Positions 8,422 to 21,300 of a DNA stretch of 51,630 nucleotides are shown here, in pieces. A program made the position numbers and the translations under genes. Under the pieces are notes generated by a model. The model was given only the letters and a program-made list of their open reading frames with translations. It did not search any database and was not told the DNA's origin. Positions within the stretch are counted from its first letter, which is position 1, and every line of letters starts with the position of its first letter. Location of the stretch: the IMG/VR virus record IMGVR_UViG_3300033153_003505, positions 1 to 51,630 of that record, one strand, 5' to 3'. Source of the stretch: a virus. Lineage: Duplodnaviria > Caudoviricetes.

Positions 8422-10062
8422 TTATACTACGATTACTGTGCCTGTACCACTAATTGCACCAGTTTCGTCTGCTTCGCCACCGCCGGTGCCTACGCCTGTT
8501 GCTGTAAAGATAGTATTAACATTGCTATCAGCTGCACCAATTAATGTAAAGTTTGTTGCTTGTGGATTGGTAATTATATATTCCTTACCAACTTCAAACG
8601 ATCCTGCTGTAATCTTAGTGTCACTTGGAGTGAATCTTTTATTAACAGCGTTCGCACCAAAACCGCCAACTAGTGTAAAGTCCGATGTACCTACAGTTAC
8701 AACCTGGTAGTCAACACCTGCAATCATCGCTGTAGCGTTAACAGTTGCAGGAGTTATTGCTATTACTGTACCTGTACCACTAACTGCGCCAGTTTCTTTG
8801 GCCTTGCCTGTGCCGGCGCCTACGCCCGTTGCAACAAAAACGACACCTAGGGTAGTACTTGACGCGCCGATTAACGTAAAGTCTGTTGTACCAAGTTTAG
8901 TAATTATATATTCTTTTCCAATTACAAAACTGCCAGCAAGAGTGGCTGTGCTGTTTGTCTCTGCGTTTGGAGTAAATGTTTCGTCTACAGCGTTAGATGC
9001 TGCGCCAACTAATGTAAAGTCCGATGTACCTACACTTACAACCTGGTACGTAGTGAAACCTACCATATCAATAGCATCAATTTCAGTAATCAACGCAGTA
9101 TCACCGCCAGCTATTACTGGTGTTCCCCAACTATTACTCAAGTAAGTAACACTTGGTGGAATTACTGTAACTGTAGTAGTTAATGTTCCATTAATTATTT
9201 CATCTACAGACCACGGTGCGCCTTCGGTATTATCTCTTTGTACGTGATCGTCAACATAGTCTACCGTTAACGATAATACTGCTCCTACTACTTTAGCATT
9301 TAATTGAATGTAGTTTGGTGTGTAAAGATAAGCTGAATCAAACTGTTTAAATATTCCAGCAAATCCTACGCCGAGAGCAAATACACCAGTTCCTGTTGCA
9401 AGTACGGTTGGTGATCCACTGCCACCTATTTTTGTTGTTCCTGTATATGCTACTGCGGCAATAGTCTTCGAAGCTGCAATACCTGTTAAGTTAATCGTAC
9501 CACATGCAGCACAAAGGTTAGTCCAACCTGTATTTTTAGTATTTGCTGTGCCACCGCTACGTGCAAAAGCAACAGAAACTCTGCCGCCTGCATTAAAGAA
9601 GTAACGCATTTCAGCCTCACTGCCAAATGTAACTGTTGTTGGAACCGTTACAGTATCAATCCATTCATCTGTTCGAGCAATAACACCGCCTGTTGTATAC
9701 GGTGTGCCACTTGCTGCGGCTTCGTGTCTGTTTGTTGTAATAGTAGAAATGTTGCCTGCTAGTGCTGTTAACACTGCAATTGGGTCAGTGGCTACAGGGT
9801 TAGTTATTGCAGTAATAGATGATCCCTGATGATTTGCGTAAGTTGTAATTTTATTTAATAACGATGCCCATTGCGTAGCTGAAATTACTGTTCCTGCAGT
9901 TACCGCAGTTACCGCAGTTTGGCCGTATCCTCTATCAGTTGCGCCTGCCGCGCCTACTGTATTTACGTTGTTGTTTGTGTTATTTGCTGTTCCGTCTATA
10001 TTGCCGGTTGCAAAAGTATTATACTCATCATCTAATATGGTATTTCCTGCTAAGTAAGCCAT
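8422..10062 (-). CDS. Virion structural or tail fibre-like protein with repeated C-terminal beta domains
   Basis: Gly/Thr/Ala-rich 546 aa with four copies of a YxxxxxGTxDFTLxGA module at the C-terminus. Lies in the tail module. Confidence 0.7.
   Translation of the reverse strand: MAYLAGNTILDDEYNTFATGNIDGTANNTNNNVNTVGAAGATDRGYGQTAVTAVTAGTVISATQWASLLNKITTYANHQGSSITAITNPVATDPIAVLTALAGNISTITTNRHEAAASGTPYTTGGVIARTDEWIDTVTVPTTVTFGSEAEMRYFFNAGGRVSVAFARSGGTANTKNTGWTNLCAACGTINLTGIAASKTIAAVAYTGTTKIGGSGSPTVLATGTGVFALGVGFAGIFKQFDSAYLYTPNYIQLNAKVVGAVLSLTVDYVDDHVQRDNTEGAPWSVDEIINGTLTTTVTVIPPSVTYLSNSWGTPVIAGGDTALITEIDAIDMVGFTTYQVVSVGTSDFTLVGAASNAVDETFTPNAETNSTATLAGSFVIGKEYIITKLGTTDFTLIGASSTTLGVVFVATGVGAGTGKAKETGAVSGTGTVIAITPATVNATAMIAGVDYQVVTVGTSDFTLVGGFGANAVNKRFTPSDTKITAGSFEVGKEYIITNPQATNFTLIGAADSNVNTIFTATGVGTGGGEADETGAISGTGTVIVV
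8425..9075 (-). repeat. Imperfect tandem duplication of about 335 bp within the fibre gene
   Basis: TGTAAAGTCCGATGTACCTACA occurs at ~8674 and ~9013, and ATTACTGT.CCTGTACCACTAA.TGC.CCAGTTTC at ~8432 and ~8762. Confidence 0.8.
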
Positions 10063-10086
10063 TATTTAATTCCTATTTTTATAATT

Positions 10087-11538
10087 TTAGTTTACAGTTA
10101 CAAAAGCTTCAATGACGCCTTCTGTTTCTGTTGTTTTATTTTCTAATGCTCTACCAATAACATTAAATGATGTCATTTCTGATGGTAACGCTGCCCTGGC
10201 TAGACCATTTCCTGCAGAAACAAGTCTTTCGCCTCTGTTGATTTTGCCAATTACCCGAACTGGCACCCTGCCGCTCATTGCTACTGCTGGGTGGGTCTCA
10301 TTATCACCAGCGGCTGCATTCATTAAAAATGCCGCGCTAGTACTTATAACTCCAAATACATCGTCCGACAAATCGTTTGCCGCTTTTGTAATTTCTTCTA
10401 CGCCGCCTAATTGTACTACTGTGCCTGGTGTATATGGTGCGTCAGAATGGAAGCGTTCAGCCAAATCAGCGTACTGTGCTGAAGTTGATTGTCCGCTAAA
10501 TGTAACAGCATGTATAGTATCAAAACGTTTTAGTGCTTCGCCAAAATCAATTGTTGCATCGACATCTGGGTTGATAACGCCAGTGACGTCAGCAGTTCCG
10601 TTTAATATGTCATCAACATAATCTTTGTTTGGAATGTCTAATCCCGCTAATGGAGTTGCTACTTGTGCGCGAGCACTTGCGCCATCGCATGTAATAACAG
10701 TTGTTGTAAGACCGCCGTCATTAACTTGAAGGAGTAAATCGCCATCGAGTGTAATGTTACCAAGAATTACATCATTGCCAGTAACTTTAAGTTTACCATC
10801 GCCGTCAGCACCAACCGTTAATCCGTTATCGTTAATAATGCCTAATGTACCAATTGTAGTATCGTCTAATAGCGAACTTAAAAATCCTGCGCTATTAACT
10901 CCACCTAGTAATTCTGCATTTGTGGCGTCTCCTACAAACTTAGGAAACTGTCCTGCTATTGTCAAAGCCATTTGGATGCCGGGCTTGATAGTTGCTGCAA
11001 ATCCTGTTATTGGAGTAGCTGGTGTAAACTCAGCATCTTTACTAACAATTGAAACAATCTCATCATTTACAAAAAGTTTAATTACAACGTGATCAACTGC
11101 GATGCTATCTGTAATAGTATCAATGATCGAACCTGACGTTCCTGTGCCTGCTGTAAATGCTGGGCCGACTAATATAAAGTTAGTACCATCGTAAGCGTTC
11201 AATTGTGAATTTACTGTATCGAACCACAAATCACCTGTTACGTTTGAAGTTGGTTCTGCTGGTTGCGCTGCGGCTGCTCCTAAGTTTTTAAATATTGTTC
11301 CATTGTAAACTTTAAGTAAGCCTGCACTTGAATCGAACCATAGTTGGCCACTTAGTGGGTTAGTCGGTGCAGTAGCGTTCGCATTGTTTTCAAGCATCCT
11401 CAGGAAGTTTTCTCCTAAGAATTCGCCGTAACCTGCGTAGTTCTTACCGATAATAGTAATGCTACTATCTGTATTAATTGTTCCATCTGTGACGGTTGCA
11501 AAGATAGAACCATCTGTTAAATTTATTGTATAAGCCAT
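10087..11538 (-). CDS. Tail fibre/spike protein with a C-terminal intramolecular chaperone (Peptidase_G2/IMC-like) domain
   Basis: N-terminal GKNYAGYGEFLGENF and GQLWFD repeats. C-terminal STSAQYADLAERF...VFGVIS...GRVPVRVIG...VIGRALE, typical of autocleaving chaperone domains. Confidence 0.75.
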   Translation of the reverse strand: MAYTINLTDGSIFATVTDGTINTDSSITIIGKNYAGYGEFLGENFLRMLENNANATAPTNPLSGQLWFDSSAGLLKVYNGTIFKNLGAAAAQPAEPTSNVTGDLWFDTVNSQLNAYDGTNFILVGPAFTAGTGTSGSIIDTITDSIAVDHVVIKLFVNDEIVSIVSKDAEFTPATPITGFAATIKPGIQMALTIAGQFPKFVGDATNAELLGGVNSAGFLSSLLDDTTIGTLGIINDNGLTVGADGDGKLKVTGNDVILGNITLDGDLLLQVNDGGLTTTVITCDGASARAQVATPLAGLDIPNKDYVDDILNGTADVTGVINPDVDATIDFGEALKRFDTIHAVTFSGQSTSAQYADLAERFHSDAPYTPGTVVQLGGVEEITKAANDLSDDVFGVISTSAAFLMNAAAGDNETHPAVAMSGRVPVRVIGKINRGERLVSAGNGLARAALPSEMTSFNVIGRALENKTTETEGVIEAFVTVN

Positions 11539-11561
11539 TTAAGAACTCCGTTTATTACCTT

Positions 11562-11569
11562 TATTTATC
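11562..11569 (-). promoter_or_regulatory. Late promoter-like box GATAAATA
   Basis: Variant of the T4 gp55 consensus TATAAATA, 23 nt upstream of ATG 11538. Confidence 0.5.
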
Positions 11570-11572
11570 ACT

Positions 11573-12178
11573 TTATGTTGTCGACAAGTTCGTCAACGTT
11601 TGTATGCGAACTGTATAATCTATTTGTATCTGGCGGTTTAAAGACTTTTGAATTGGGTGGAATACCACATGCGTAATAAGCTTCGGATCCTCGCCAATAC
11701 CATTCCATGCTTTTAAGCCAAGTTCGTCAAAAACAAAATCACCATCAAGTTCGGTGCTATTATCAAATGCCTGCTGACCGCTTGGTTCGCCATAATCAAG
11801 TAAACAACTAACTAAAATATCAGTATAAATCTTACCGCTTGTATGCAGAACTGTTAGGTTGTTTCTTGCTGTGTCTGTATTAGCAGTTGAATTATCATCA
11901 ACTACTTTTAAATAAGTTTGGTTGTACAAATCTGCGTTTTGCCCAGTTGAGTTTGCAGGCAAATATGTAATAACGCCTGTTGGGTCAACACTAGTGCCAC
12001 CATTACCAAATGACATTTGATAGATCTGGCCTATTCCCTTATTTGCCAGGGAATGTGCTAACGATTCGCTGAAGTTTTCGTAGTGAATAGCATTCGTTTT
12101 ATCTTCGAATACTTCTCCTGTAATCGGATCAAATACTTTAATATGACCTGTTATCTTAAGATTACCTTGTTGTATCAT
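11573..12178 (-). CDS. Conserved structural hypothetical protein (baseplate or fibre-attachment region)
   Basis: 201-aa ORF in the tail operon containing FVFDELGL and LITHVVFHPIQKSLNR. Confidence 0.65.
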   Translation of the reverse strand: MIQQGNLKITGHIKVFDPITGEVFEDKTNAIHYENFSESLAHSLANKGIGQIYQMSFGNGGTSVDPTGVITYLPANSTGQNADLYNQTYLKVVDDNSTANTDTARNNLTVLHTSGKIYTDILVSCLLDYGEPSGQQAFDNSTELDGDFVFDELGLKAWNGIGEDPKLITHVVFHPIQKSLNRQIQIDYTVRIQTLTNLSTT

Positions 12179-12315
12179 TGTGATGTTTCTCTCTTATCTA
12201 CTAGTACTTCGCCAGAATTTGGATCGGATATTTTAATGTGTTCATCAACTAAAATCTGTCCGCTTTCGTTAGCTTTATCTCCAGCCGATTTATTTTCTTG
12301 TTCGTTATTCTGCAT
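12175..12315 (-). CDS. Small 46-aa hypothetical protein (not in the ORF track)
   Basis: MQNNEQENKSAGDKANESGQILVDEHIKISDPNSGEVLVDKRETSQ. It makes an ATGA overlap with the next gene and has a GATAAATA box at 12325-12332. Confidence 0.65.
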   Translation of the reverse strand: MQNNEQENKSAGDKANESGQILVDEHIKISDPNSGEVLVDKRETSQ

Positions 12316-12346
12316 AATAGCTATTATTTATCTACTTTAAAAATCA

Positions 12347-15300
12347 CTAACTTTTAATAAACACTGCCTGCAAAGTAGTCTGATTTTCTAATTTGACCTC
12401 AAATCCATCATCTGAGTTTGTGCCTGGTGCATACCAAATGCTATCCGCAGCTTCCGTTGTATCATTTGAAATAATTCTTGCTGTTCCTGGCACTAATCCT
12501 TGAGCACTTACATCGTATACCACGTCATTAGTTGTGTGTAATGATGGAATGCCTGTGCCAGCTGTGCCGCGACGTAAGCCACTCACAGTGTTATTTAACA
12601 AGTCACGTTCACGATATGTGATTCGCTCACCGTTAATAATTAAAATACCAAATTTTGCCATTGCTAAGTCAGGTGTACCAAGTACACTTGCATCGTCTAC
12701 GTAGATGATGTCGTCTGTGTCTGACAGATCTTGCGTTAAGAATGTATCGGACATTTTGTACATAGCTACTGAGTCACGCATATCTTTAAATAACCTAAAC
12801 GATGTGCCTGTGAATGTATCAAATACTTTAATATCAAGCGTATCAAATATAGCACCCGGCACTAATTCTTCTGGGGCATGTGAATGATATGTGTCAATGA
12901 ACTCACCGCCATCTACATTAATATCAGTTGGGCTTGTGCCTAGGAATGTGTCAAGGAACTGACTCTCATATATAGCATCAATCAAATCGTCACTGTATGT
13001 AGGGAACCCTTCTGGGCCAATATCAAAGTTATCAAATGGTACTGTATCGAATGTTGACAAATCAAAGCCTGTGTTTTGATCAAACCCAACACCGTCAACT
13101 TCAACGCCCGGATACGCAATACCATTAATAAGCAATGATAAATCTAAGCCTGGACTATTAACGTCTGACACATAAAAACCAGTAGTACGATCAATACCAC
13201 TAAGTGATTCAATATTCACTAACTCATGTAAGTCTGGATTAAATGTTGTTGCTGGTGCTGTATCTATTATTCTGTATACATCATTATCAACTTTTACAAG
13301 TTGGTCAACATCATAAGCTGTGTCTGCTTCCCACGCAACGATATTCGTTTCGTATTCGTACCTGTCATATTTTACCGACGTATTAAATGTTCGCACTAGC
13401 TCATTATTCATTACTGCCAATGCCTTAGCGTCTGCACCGTTACCGCCAACAAATGTAATTGTAGGTGTTTCGGAATAGCCACTTCCTGGGTCAACTATAT
13501 TGATCTCAACAACAAGGCCAGACACATCAACTCTAGCTGTCATTGTCGCAGGAGTTAAACTTTCGCCTGTAACTTCAATAGTTGGTGCCACTGTATACCC
13601 AGTGCCTGGATTAGTAATTATTACATCTTCAATAGTTAATTGATAATTAGCGAACCATTCTTTCCATGGTGCCGTCTGCCACACTTCATCTGTAGCTAAC
13701 TTGTTACTTGGATCAGTAACTAATGTTGCACCGTCGTCTAATATAGGACTAATATATTGATCAAATTCTGCATCGTATGTTGATGGGCAATCAAAGTCAG
13801 TAACTGTGCCATTTACATAGTCAATGCCATCATAACTTAATAAGAAGTCTTTAACTTTAGTGTGATATGGCTTAGTTTCCTTAATGTAATCAATTAAGTA
13901 ATCTTGATTATCTTTCTGGTAAACATCATATTGTGACAAGCTACGTACTTTCTGCGTCACATCAATTAAACTTGTTTTGTACAACCAATCAACGTGCGGT
14001 TGTTCTGCTAGAATGTAGTTGAATACAGATAAGATTGCCCTGCTTCGTTCAATTGCTAAATCGTCTATTAATATTTCTTCGTTTATTGATCTAATTATTT
14101 GGCGTAATTCAATAACTGGTTCTTCGTCGAAGTTTTGTGCTCCGAATACTTCAATGTCCCAGCCGTAACGGCCAAGTTCGTAATTCCAAAGTACCTCGTT
14201 GAACTGAATAGTACCATTTTCTAATGCTACTCTATCCCATACACCGTCAACTAATCTATAGATTTCCCAACTGCCAATACTGTTATGCACTACTTTTGCA
14301 ATAGCGTTATTTTCAATGCCATTCAATGTAGATAACTCAGTAAACTCGTTAACAACATAATCTACAGAAGTTAATGGGTTAAAGTCTTCCGCGTTCCAAT
14401 TTACAAGATCCCAAAAACGTTTAGTATCGTAACTCTGTACGCGCTTCAGCTGTAATGTTTTTGCTGGAGTAACTTCGTAAATAGCCCACAAGCCGCCACT
14501 GTTTTCATCTGTCTCAAGTAGGTATGAATATCCAGCTGGCACCGTTGCTAAATCTTGGAATGATAATTCTTCATTGTTAAAAATCTGTTCGTCCCATTCT
14601 CCGGATGTATCTGAAGGCATAGCTTCTTCGCTGTTAAGTAATGTATATGGTTGCGATTCAGCAACCGTGTACTTAATTAGTATGCCGTTCACTTTCTTCA
14701 TGTAACTCGACAATGCTGCATATCTATCAACAAACATTGATTTACGTGGGCGGAAGTCAATACCGAATCTGTCTGCAGGACTTAATCCCACGTCAGGTAC
14801 TAAGTTGCCTAGTGAATCAACACCTGCGAAACTATCCTGTAATTTTTTAAATAACCCATCTGACAAGAAATCTATAGGATGATTTTCGCGGAATAAATCA
14901 TATTCAACAAACACATTGCTATCATTCTTAGTTCTATCGTATTCGACATATATTACCGAATCGGTATTTTGAATTATATCGTTACAGTTATAAAGTCCAA
15001 TTGTGTTTGGCGCAATAAAGGCCGCGTACGACACACCCGAACTAGAAGGCGATTCAATGTACGATGCAATAGCACTCGCACTTAATGTCTTTTCAGAGTT
15101 AACACTAATTGTTTCAACACCGTTAACCCAATAGTAATAGCTGTTATTGACTATTCCAGATTTTTTAACATTTGCAATTGTGATAAATTTATTTTCATCT
15201 AGAACTGTTCCGGTACCTGTGTATTCGCTAGGTGGTACATTGCTCTCAACCCACTGGTATACATCGATAGTGCTACCGTTGAATACTTTGCCCCATAATT

Positions 15301-18300
15301 TACTAGCTTGTTTCGCATCGCCAATATTATAATCTAAGAAACGAACAGTTGAAACGTCCCACCAAATCTTACCAACCTGCTCCTTGCCCCAAAGCAACCC
15401 TATATTTGTGTCGCCGTAAACAGTTGGATCGTACACTGTTATAAAATCTAAGTTCTGACTTGCTGCGCCAAGTACCTTTCCATTTAATGGATCGATATAG
15501 TCTAAGTAACGCGACACATTCATTGTATTACTATTATAAATGTATGTTGAGTTGATTAGATCAACATCAACTATCCCGTTCCGTATATTCGTTGCATTCC
15601 AGCTACGTGAATTAGTTGTATTTCTAAATACAACAATTCGACCAATGTCTGAATCATAACCTACTGACCCAACAACTAATATACCATCAACTAAACTAAC
15701 AGCACTACCAAAGTCATCACCTGGTGCGATGCTAGTAACAATTACCTGTTGACCGAATACTAATTTACCGCCAGTAAATACATCTCCATCATTCAATAAG
15801 TCGTATGTATAAACTACACCGCTTCCGAGAACCGTTGATGCATTGTCCATAGTCACCGCAGTAGAATCAAACGATGTCTCTTGGTCAACTACTGCTAGTA
15901 TATCTGTAGCATTGCCATCCACTGCGCCTACAACTAATTGATTTAAGTCTAAATCAATATGTAATGAGTTTCCAAAGTGTTGATCTTGTGTAGCGTCAAC
16001 TGGGCTTGTAATAGTCTGATCAACGTAGTATGGGGTTAACCCTAAATCTGCAAGCGTAACAGTTTCACCCGGTAATACATCTAACTTGTTAGCAATTGAT
16101 TGTACTTCTTTATTAATCAACTCAATAGTTAAATACCCGTCTTGAAATGATGCTCTAACATTTGGAATAGTTATTAAGTTAATCGCATCTGCTACATCTT
16201 CTGATGAGCCGCCAGCTGGAAGAGCTACTTCTACGTTGTCTATTCTAATAGAACTACTAGCCGGTATTGTTGGATTTTGTATTGTGCTTGTAATGTATCC
16301 AAACATTCTTGGCTGGTTAATGTAACGTGTAACGCTACCCTTGCCATCTAAGTCATTCTCGGCTCCGAAGTAAACTGAACATTTTGCCTTGCAAATAGTT
16401 ACAGCATTACCAAATGTAGCACCGACTGTTGGGGTTTCTGCTGCGACTAATTGTATTAATTTAAATTCAGTTGTATCAATTTCTAAGAAGTCGCCAACTT
16501 TAACAGCACCAGGTTCAAGTGTTACAACGTTGCCTGTAATGCTATATTCATAATTTAAATTTGCGCCTTCTTTAATTAGTTGCTTGCCATTGTTAAACAC
16601 CGAACCAAGTGCGGTTCTAGTTGATGAATATGTTAAATCATTTGCATCGCTTATTACAAAACGTTCAACTACTCTATCAATAATGTATGCGTTACCTGTG
16701 TCTGTGCCTGTGCCCGGTGCTGTAATAACAATGTGACTACTGTTTTCAGTTACATCAATTTCTGCACCAAAGCGATCGCTTGATCCAAGTGTACCAACAA
16801 TAGAGCTAATGAATCTAAATGTTGTGCCTAGTGAAATGCTAATGTTTGCTGTGCCACTAGCTGGTGCCGTTGCAAACACCACGGCAGTTCCTACTAACGT
16901 ATAATCAATTATTGGACGTTGTATTATTGCATCAACTTTAACAATAATAGAATATAATCCATCAAGCGCAAATAAATCTACTACTGCAAAGGTATCTTCT
17001 ATCGTGTCGCCACCATATACTACAGTGTCTTTTCGCGAAATAACAACCGTGTCACCTGCGTCTGGTAACGTTGTTAATATGATATTTGGTGCTACGTAAT
17101 CATAGTCAGAAGCATAATCTAATAGTACACCGTTAACGGTTACATTAATTTCATTCTCTGCACTAATAACGATATCGCTTGTAATATCATATTGCAGTGT
17201 TGCTCCGTCGGCTATAAACGAGACCTGTTGTGTTTCGTAATCTATTTTCTGATATGAATGAACCTTGTTATTATCTGGCTCACCAACAAATACCCAGTTT
17301 TCATCTTTGCTCATTGCAATACTTAAACCAAAGCCATCACCAAGTGTAGATCCCAACGTTTGATCTGGACTAACAAGCAATTGGGTTTCGATAACATTAT
17401 CTAATGTTCTATTACGATTTGCAATTGCTACAATGCCCGGAGTACTTACATCGCCTGGCGCTGTAATAGCACCCCATGCTTCTATTAATACCACATCGTT
17501 ACCGTAGCGTGAAATATTTGAATTACTGTTTAACGATAATGGTAGCTTCCATGTGTAATTTCCAACACCATCTTTATTATAAAAGTGTGCTTCGCCTGTA
17601 GCTGGATCTCCTACTAGTAACCCGGAATTTGCGTATCCTTGTGATACGCTCTGACCAAATTCAGCTGTTACTCCATTAGGATTAATTTCTTCATCGCTGT
17701 ATATAAACGGGCGTGTTTTCTTATATGTTGCTGGCTGCCCGCCATCGTTTGCAACCCAGACAGTTTCGGGTGTATGAATGTTATTATCAAACACAGAGCC
17801 TGCAATAGAACTTGGTACATCTACACGTGCCGATCCAAATTGTAATATAATTCCCGTGCCGTCCAGAATACAAGTTTGATTCTTAGCCAGGGCGCCGGCT
17901 ATTACAATGTTAATTGAATCAAACACTCGTAATACCTTATGGGTGCCATCAACTAATTCATCAAAGTCGAGAACAACGATTGTGTCGTTAGCTGCGAAGT
18001 TATGTGCGATGTTAGTAACTAATGTTAAGGTGTCGTCTAAATTATCAGTCACACTAATAACAATAGGATCTTGTTTAATTGCACGATATACATTCCAATC
18101 AGTCTCTGTATCCCTTGCAACCCATATTAAAGTACCTTCACTCACATCACTAGTTACATCTATTTCACTAATATCAAAAACAGCGATGTCTACATCATCA
18201 ACATCCACAAAGCCTGCCGTTGGCAAAGCTGTGTCTAAGTTCTGCTCGCTGCATGTAGGGAAAATATTTTTATTTGTGTTCTTCTCGCTCTGCTTATAAA

Positions 18301-21300
18301 TGTTAGCTACAGGAATTAGCAAGTCGCTAACTGATGCGTCGGCTACCGAGTCAACAATTTCTACTAGGCTCGGATTTGTTGTAAGACTGTCTTCGTCAAG
18401 CTTCAATTCAATATATGAACGGTTGCTAGTAGCACCATAACTAGCGCGTTTAATCGCCCAGTTCTCAAAAATAGTATAATCAACTGTTTCTTTGTTTAAC
18501 TCTGCATCTACAAATAAGTTGAGACTATCAACTGTGCCTTTATTCTCTATCATATCACTGTAAATGTTTATCTGACTAATGTCATCTAAGTCCAATGAAC
18601 GCAAGTAATCTCGTGAACGGAAACCTGTTAACCCAAATGCCATTAAATCAACATCGCTTTCTAAGTTTGCAGTTTTATTATTGTAGTACTGAAGCATTTG
18701 GTCTGACTTAGTCGCCAAGTTAGGCAATAGGCCCTTGTTAATGCTATTGTAATCTGTTTTTACCCATTGGCCGTAATCAAATGTTTCGGATGGTTGAACT
18801 TTTTCAGACGCGCTCCAGTACGAATTCTTAAACTTAACAATGTCGCCCTTGTTATACGTGCTTACTTGTGTCCAAGTTTTAACATTATCTTCGTTATATA
18901 AGAAGCCTTGTGCATCTAGCTGACCGTTCCAGTCGTACGTAGTAAATCCAGATAGTTTAACACGATGTTGTCTTACGCCAGTGACTGGATCATAAATTAA
19001 GTCATTGAATATACTAACATTATCTAAAATTAGCAAATGCTCAAAACTAGTTAGGTTGAATTTTAAGTAACTAATAATGTTACCGTCGATCATTTGTAAC
19101 TTAAAGTTATTATCGATACGATCAACTACGTAGTCGCTAATATCTAGCGGTTCTCTATTTTGATTTAATGGCTGTTCTGTTAATTCTAAATTAGTTAAAT
19201 CATCAACAATGTGTAACTCTCGTTCAAACTCTAATGCCGTTGCCGCTGGGTTTAAGTTAATAATGCTGTTAACCGCCCAGCCTTGGTCTGCCCAGTACAA
19301 AAATTCCTGGACCATTTGCACCCAGTTAACTGCCTGTGTGTTTTCACGTTCTTCAAATTTCAATCCCGAGCGTATTAAATATTCGTTGTAGCTTACAATA
19401 AATTCACCAATAGCCTGCTTACTAGTAAACACATGGCCATATGGAATATATTCTATAGAGTCAGCAAAATCTAATGGAACTCTAATAGACGAAGTTGCTG
19501 CATTGGTTCTACCAACAGCGATAGTATCAAAGCGTCCTGTATTTACAGAGGATTGTATTTTAAAATATGGGTCTGTAAAACTGTTGCCAATAACTGCATA
19601 ACCATCAGCAACCTTTTGTACTACAATTGATGAATATATAATTTCATCTAGTGGTTGATTCTTATACATTAATAATTTGTAACTTTCGTCGGGCAATAAT
19701 AAGCTATTATTTGTGCTGTCCGGGCTACTCTTGTCTGTAAAGATTTTTAAGTTATTCTTATCTGTAAACGATGCCATATGGTGACATAGGTTCACATTAA
19801 GATTTGATAAGTCCGTTTTAAGTTTTGCAAGACTTTCGTAACCAAAGTGTTTGTTGTAATCAATAACCCAGTTTATGTAACTATGCTTAACTGTATTTTC
19901 ATCAAGTAACTCAATGTCACGTACATCAATTCTTAGACGACTATCATACAAGTACTGTTCTGAAACTGCATCATAAACATAACGATCTCTGTCAGACATT
20001 AACGCAAAGTACTGAGCTGGCCTAGTTAATGCATACAGTGTTTGCATTGCAAATGGCCATGCACTTGATTTTCTCCAAGCCGATTCAGCCGGGGCTACAT
20101 CGCTAACCTTCCATGACTTCTTAAAGTCGTACGCCGAATAGCCTGCTATTAGAGACTCTAACGGCATCAATAAGTGACCTTCGCCATCAACCGGTAGTAT
20201 TTGAGTCAGTCCAGGACGCACGTATCTTTCATCTACGTGTTCATTGGCTGGATCTTTAATTAACCCGGCTTCCATGTCGTCCCATAATACTAAGTTACCA
20301 CTAGTGTACGGTGCTGGACCGTAACGTAGTGTCCACCAGTCTGGGCGTTCTGCTAATCCAACCATTTCCCACGGACGCTCATGTGGTGCATCTGTATCGT
20401 AGTAGTCTATATAGATGCCACGCCAGTGTCCTTGTTCAATTGACGCATTAGTTAATTTGTCAGTTGAGGCACTGTAGTTCCATGTTTTGTCTTCTGCTTG
20501 ATTGTAATCTTGTTTTTTGTAATCAATTCTGTTCCAACCTAACCACGACAGTAAGATAGGTGACAGTACTTCAAGAATTTCTTGATCTGCGTAATCTGTT
20601 ACACGAAATGCACCCGGCATAATATCAGCTGGTTCAATCGGAATAACGTCGTTTACTTTAATATTGTTATAGATACGTTTTTCAAATTCTAATAATACTA
20701 AATCACGTATATCGTTATTGCCATCGTTGTCTTTTCCAAAGGAAGTAGTAATGCTGCCATCGTGTCCTCGTACGACGTCGACTGGATTCGTATAAGTGTC
20801 ATCTGTAAATATCAACGGTTTGTATTTTGGAAACAAACCTAATTTAGTAGGTGTGCTTGGCACTATTGCGCCGAGCGTCGTGTTGTATTCGTTAATTCTT
20901 ATAACATCATCCGGTAATATTTCAACCGATACATTAATACGTGGGCCGTCTGTTGCTACACTGTAGTCAGTATCTTTTGTTAGCAGTATACCATTATGAT
21001 ATACTAGTATCGCTTGGGTGTTAGCAGTTAAGAAGTCATATGTGTTAAGCGTAGTAAACGTTCCTGTACTAATCGCTGTTACTAAGTACTCGGTAGTTTC
21101 GTAATCCGAGCCAGATGGTAACATATCGCTCCAGTAGTACGAACTATCAACTGTTTTACCTGTGTTAATATCCTTAATTGCATTGTCTAGAATATCGCCT
21201 GGCGTCATTCCAAATATATCGTGCTTCTCAACCCAATCAGTTAACTGATTCTTAAACTTTTCGTACTGGCGTGACGCAAAGTCTACTGAACTAAAGAAAT

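Noticed and set aside
8425-9075. Diversity-generating retroelement TR/VR pair in the fibre gene
   Set aside because: Both copies are in-frame coding sequence, differences are not confined to adenines, and no reverse transcriptase is present in the window.
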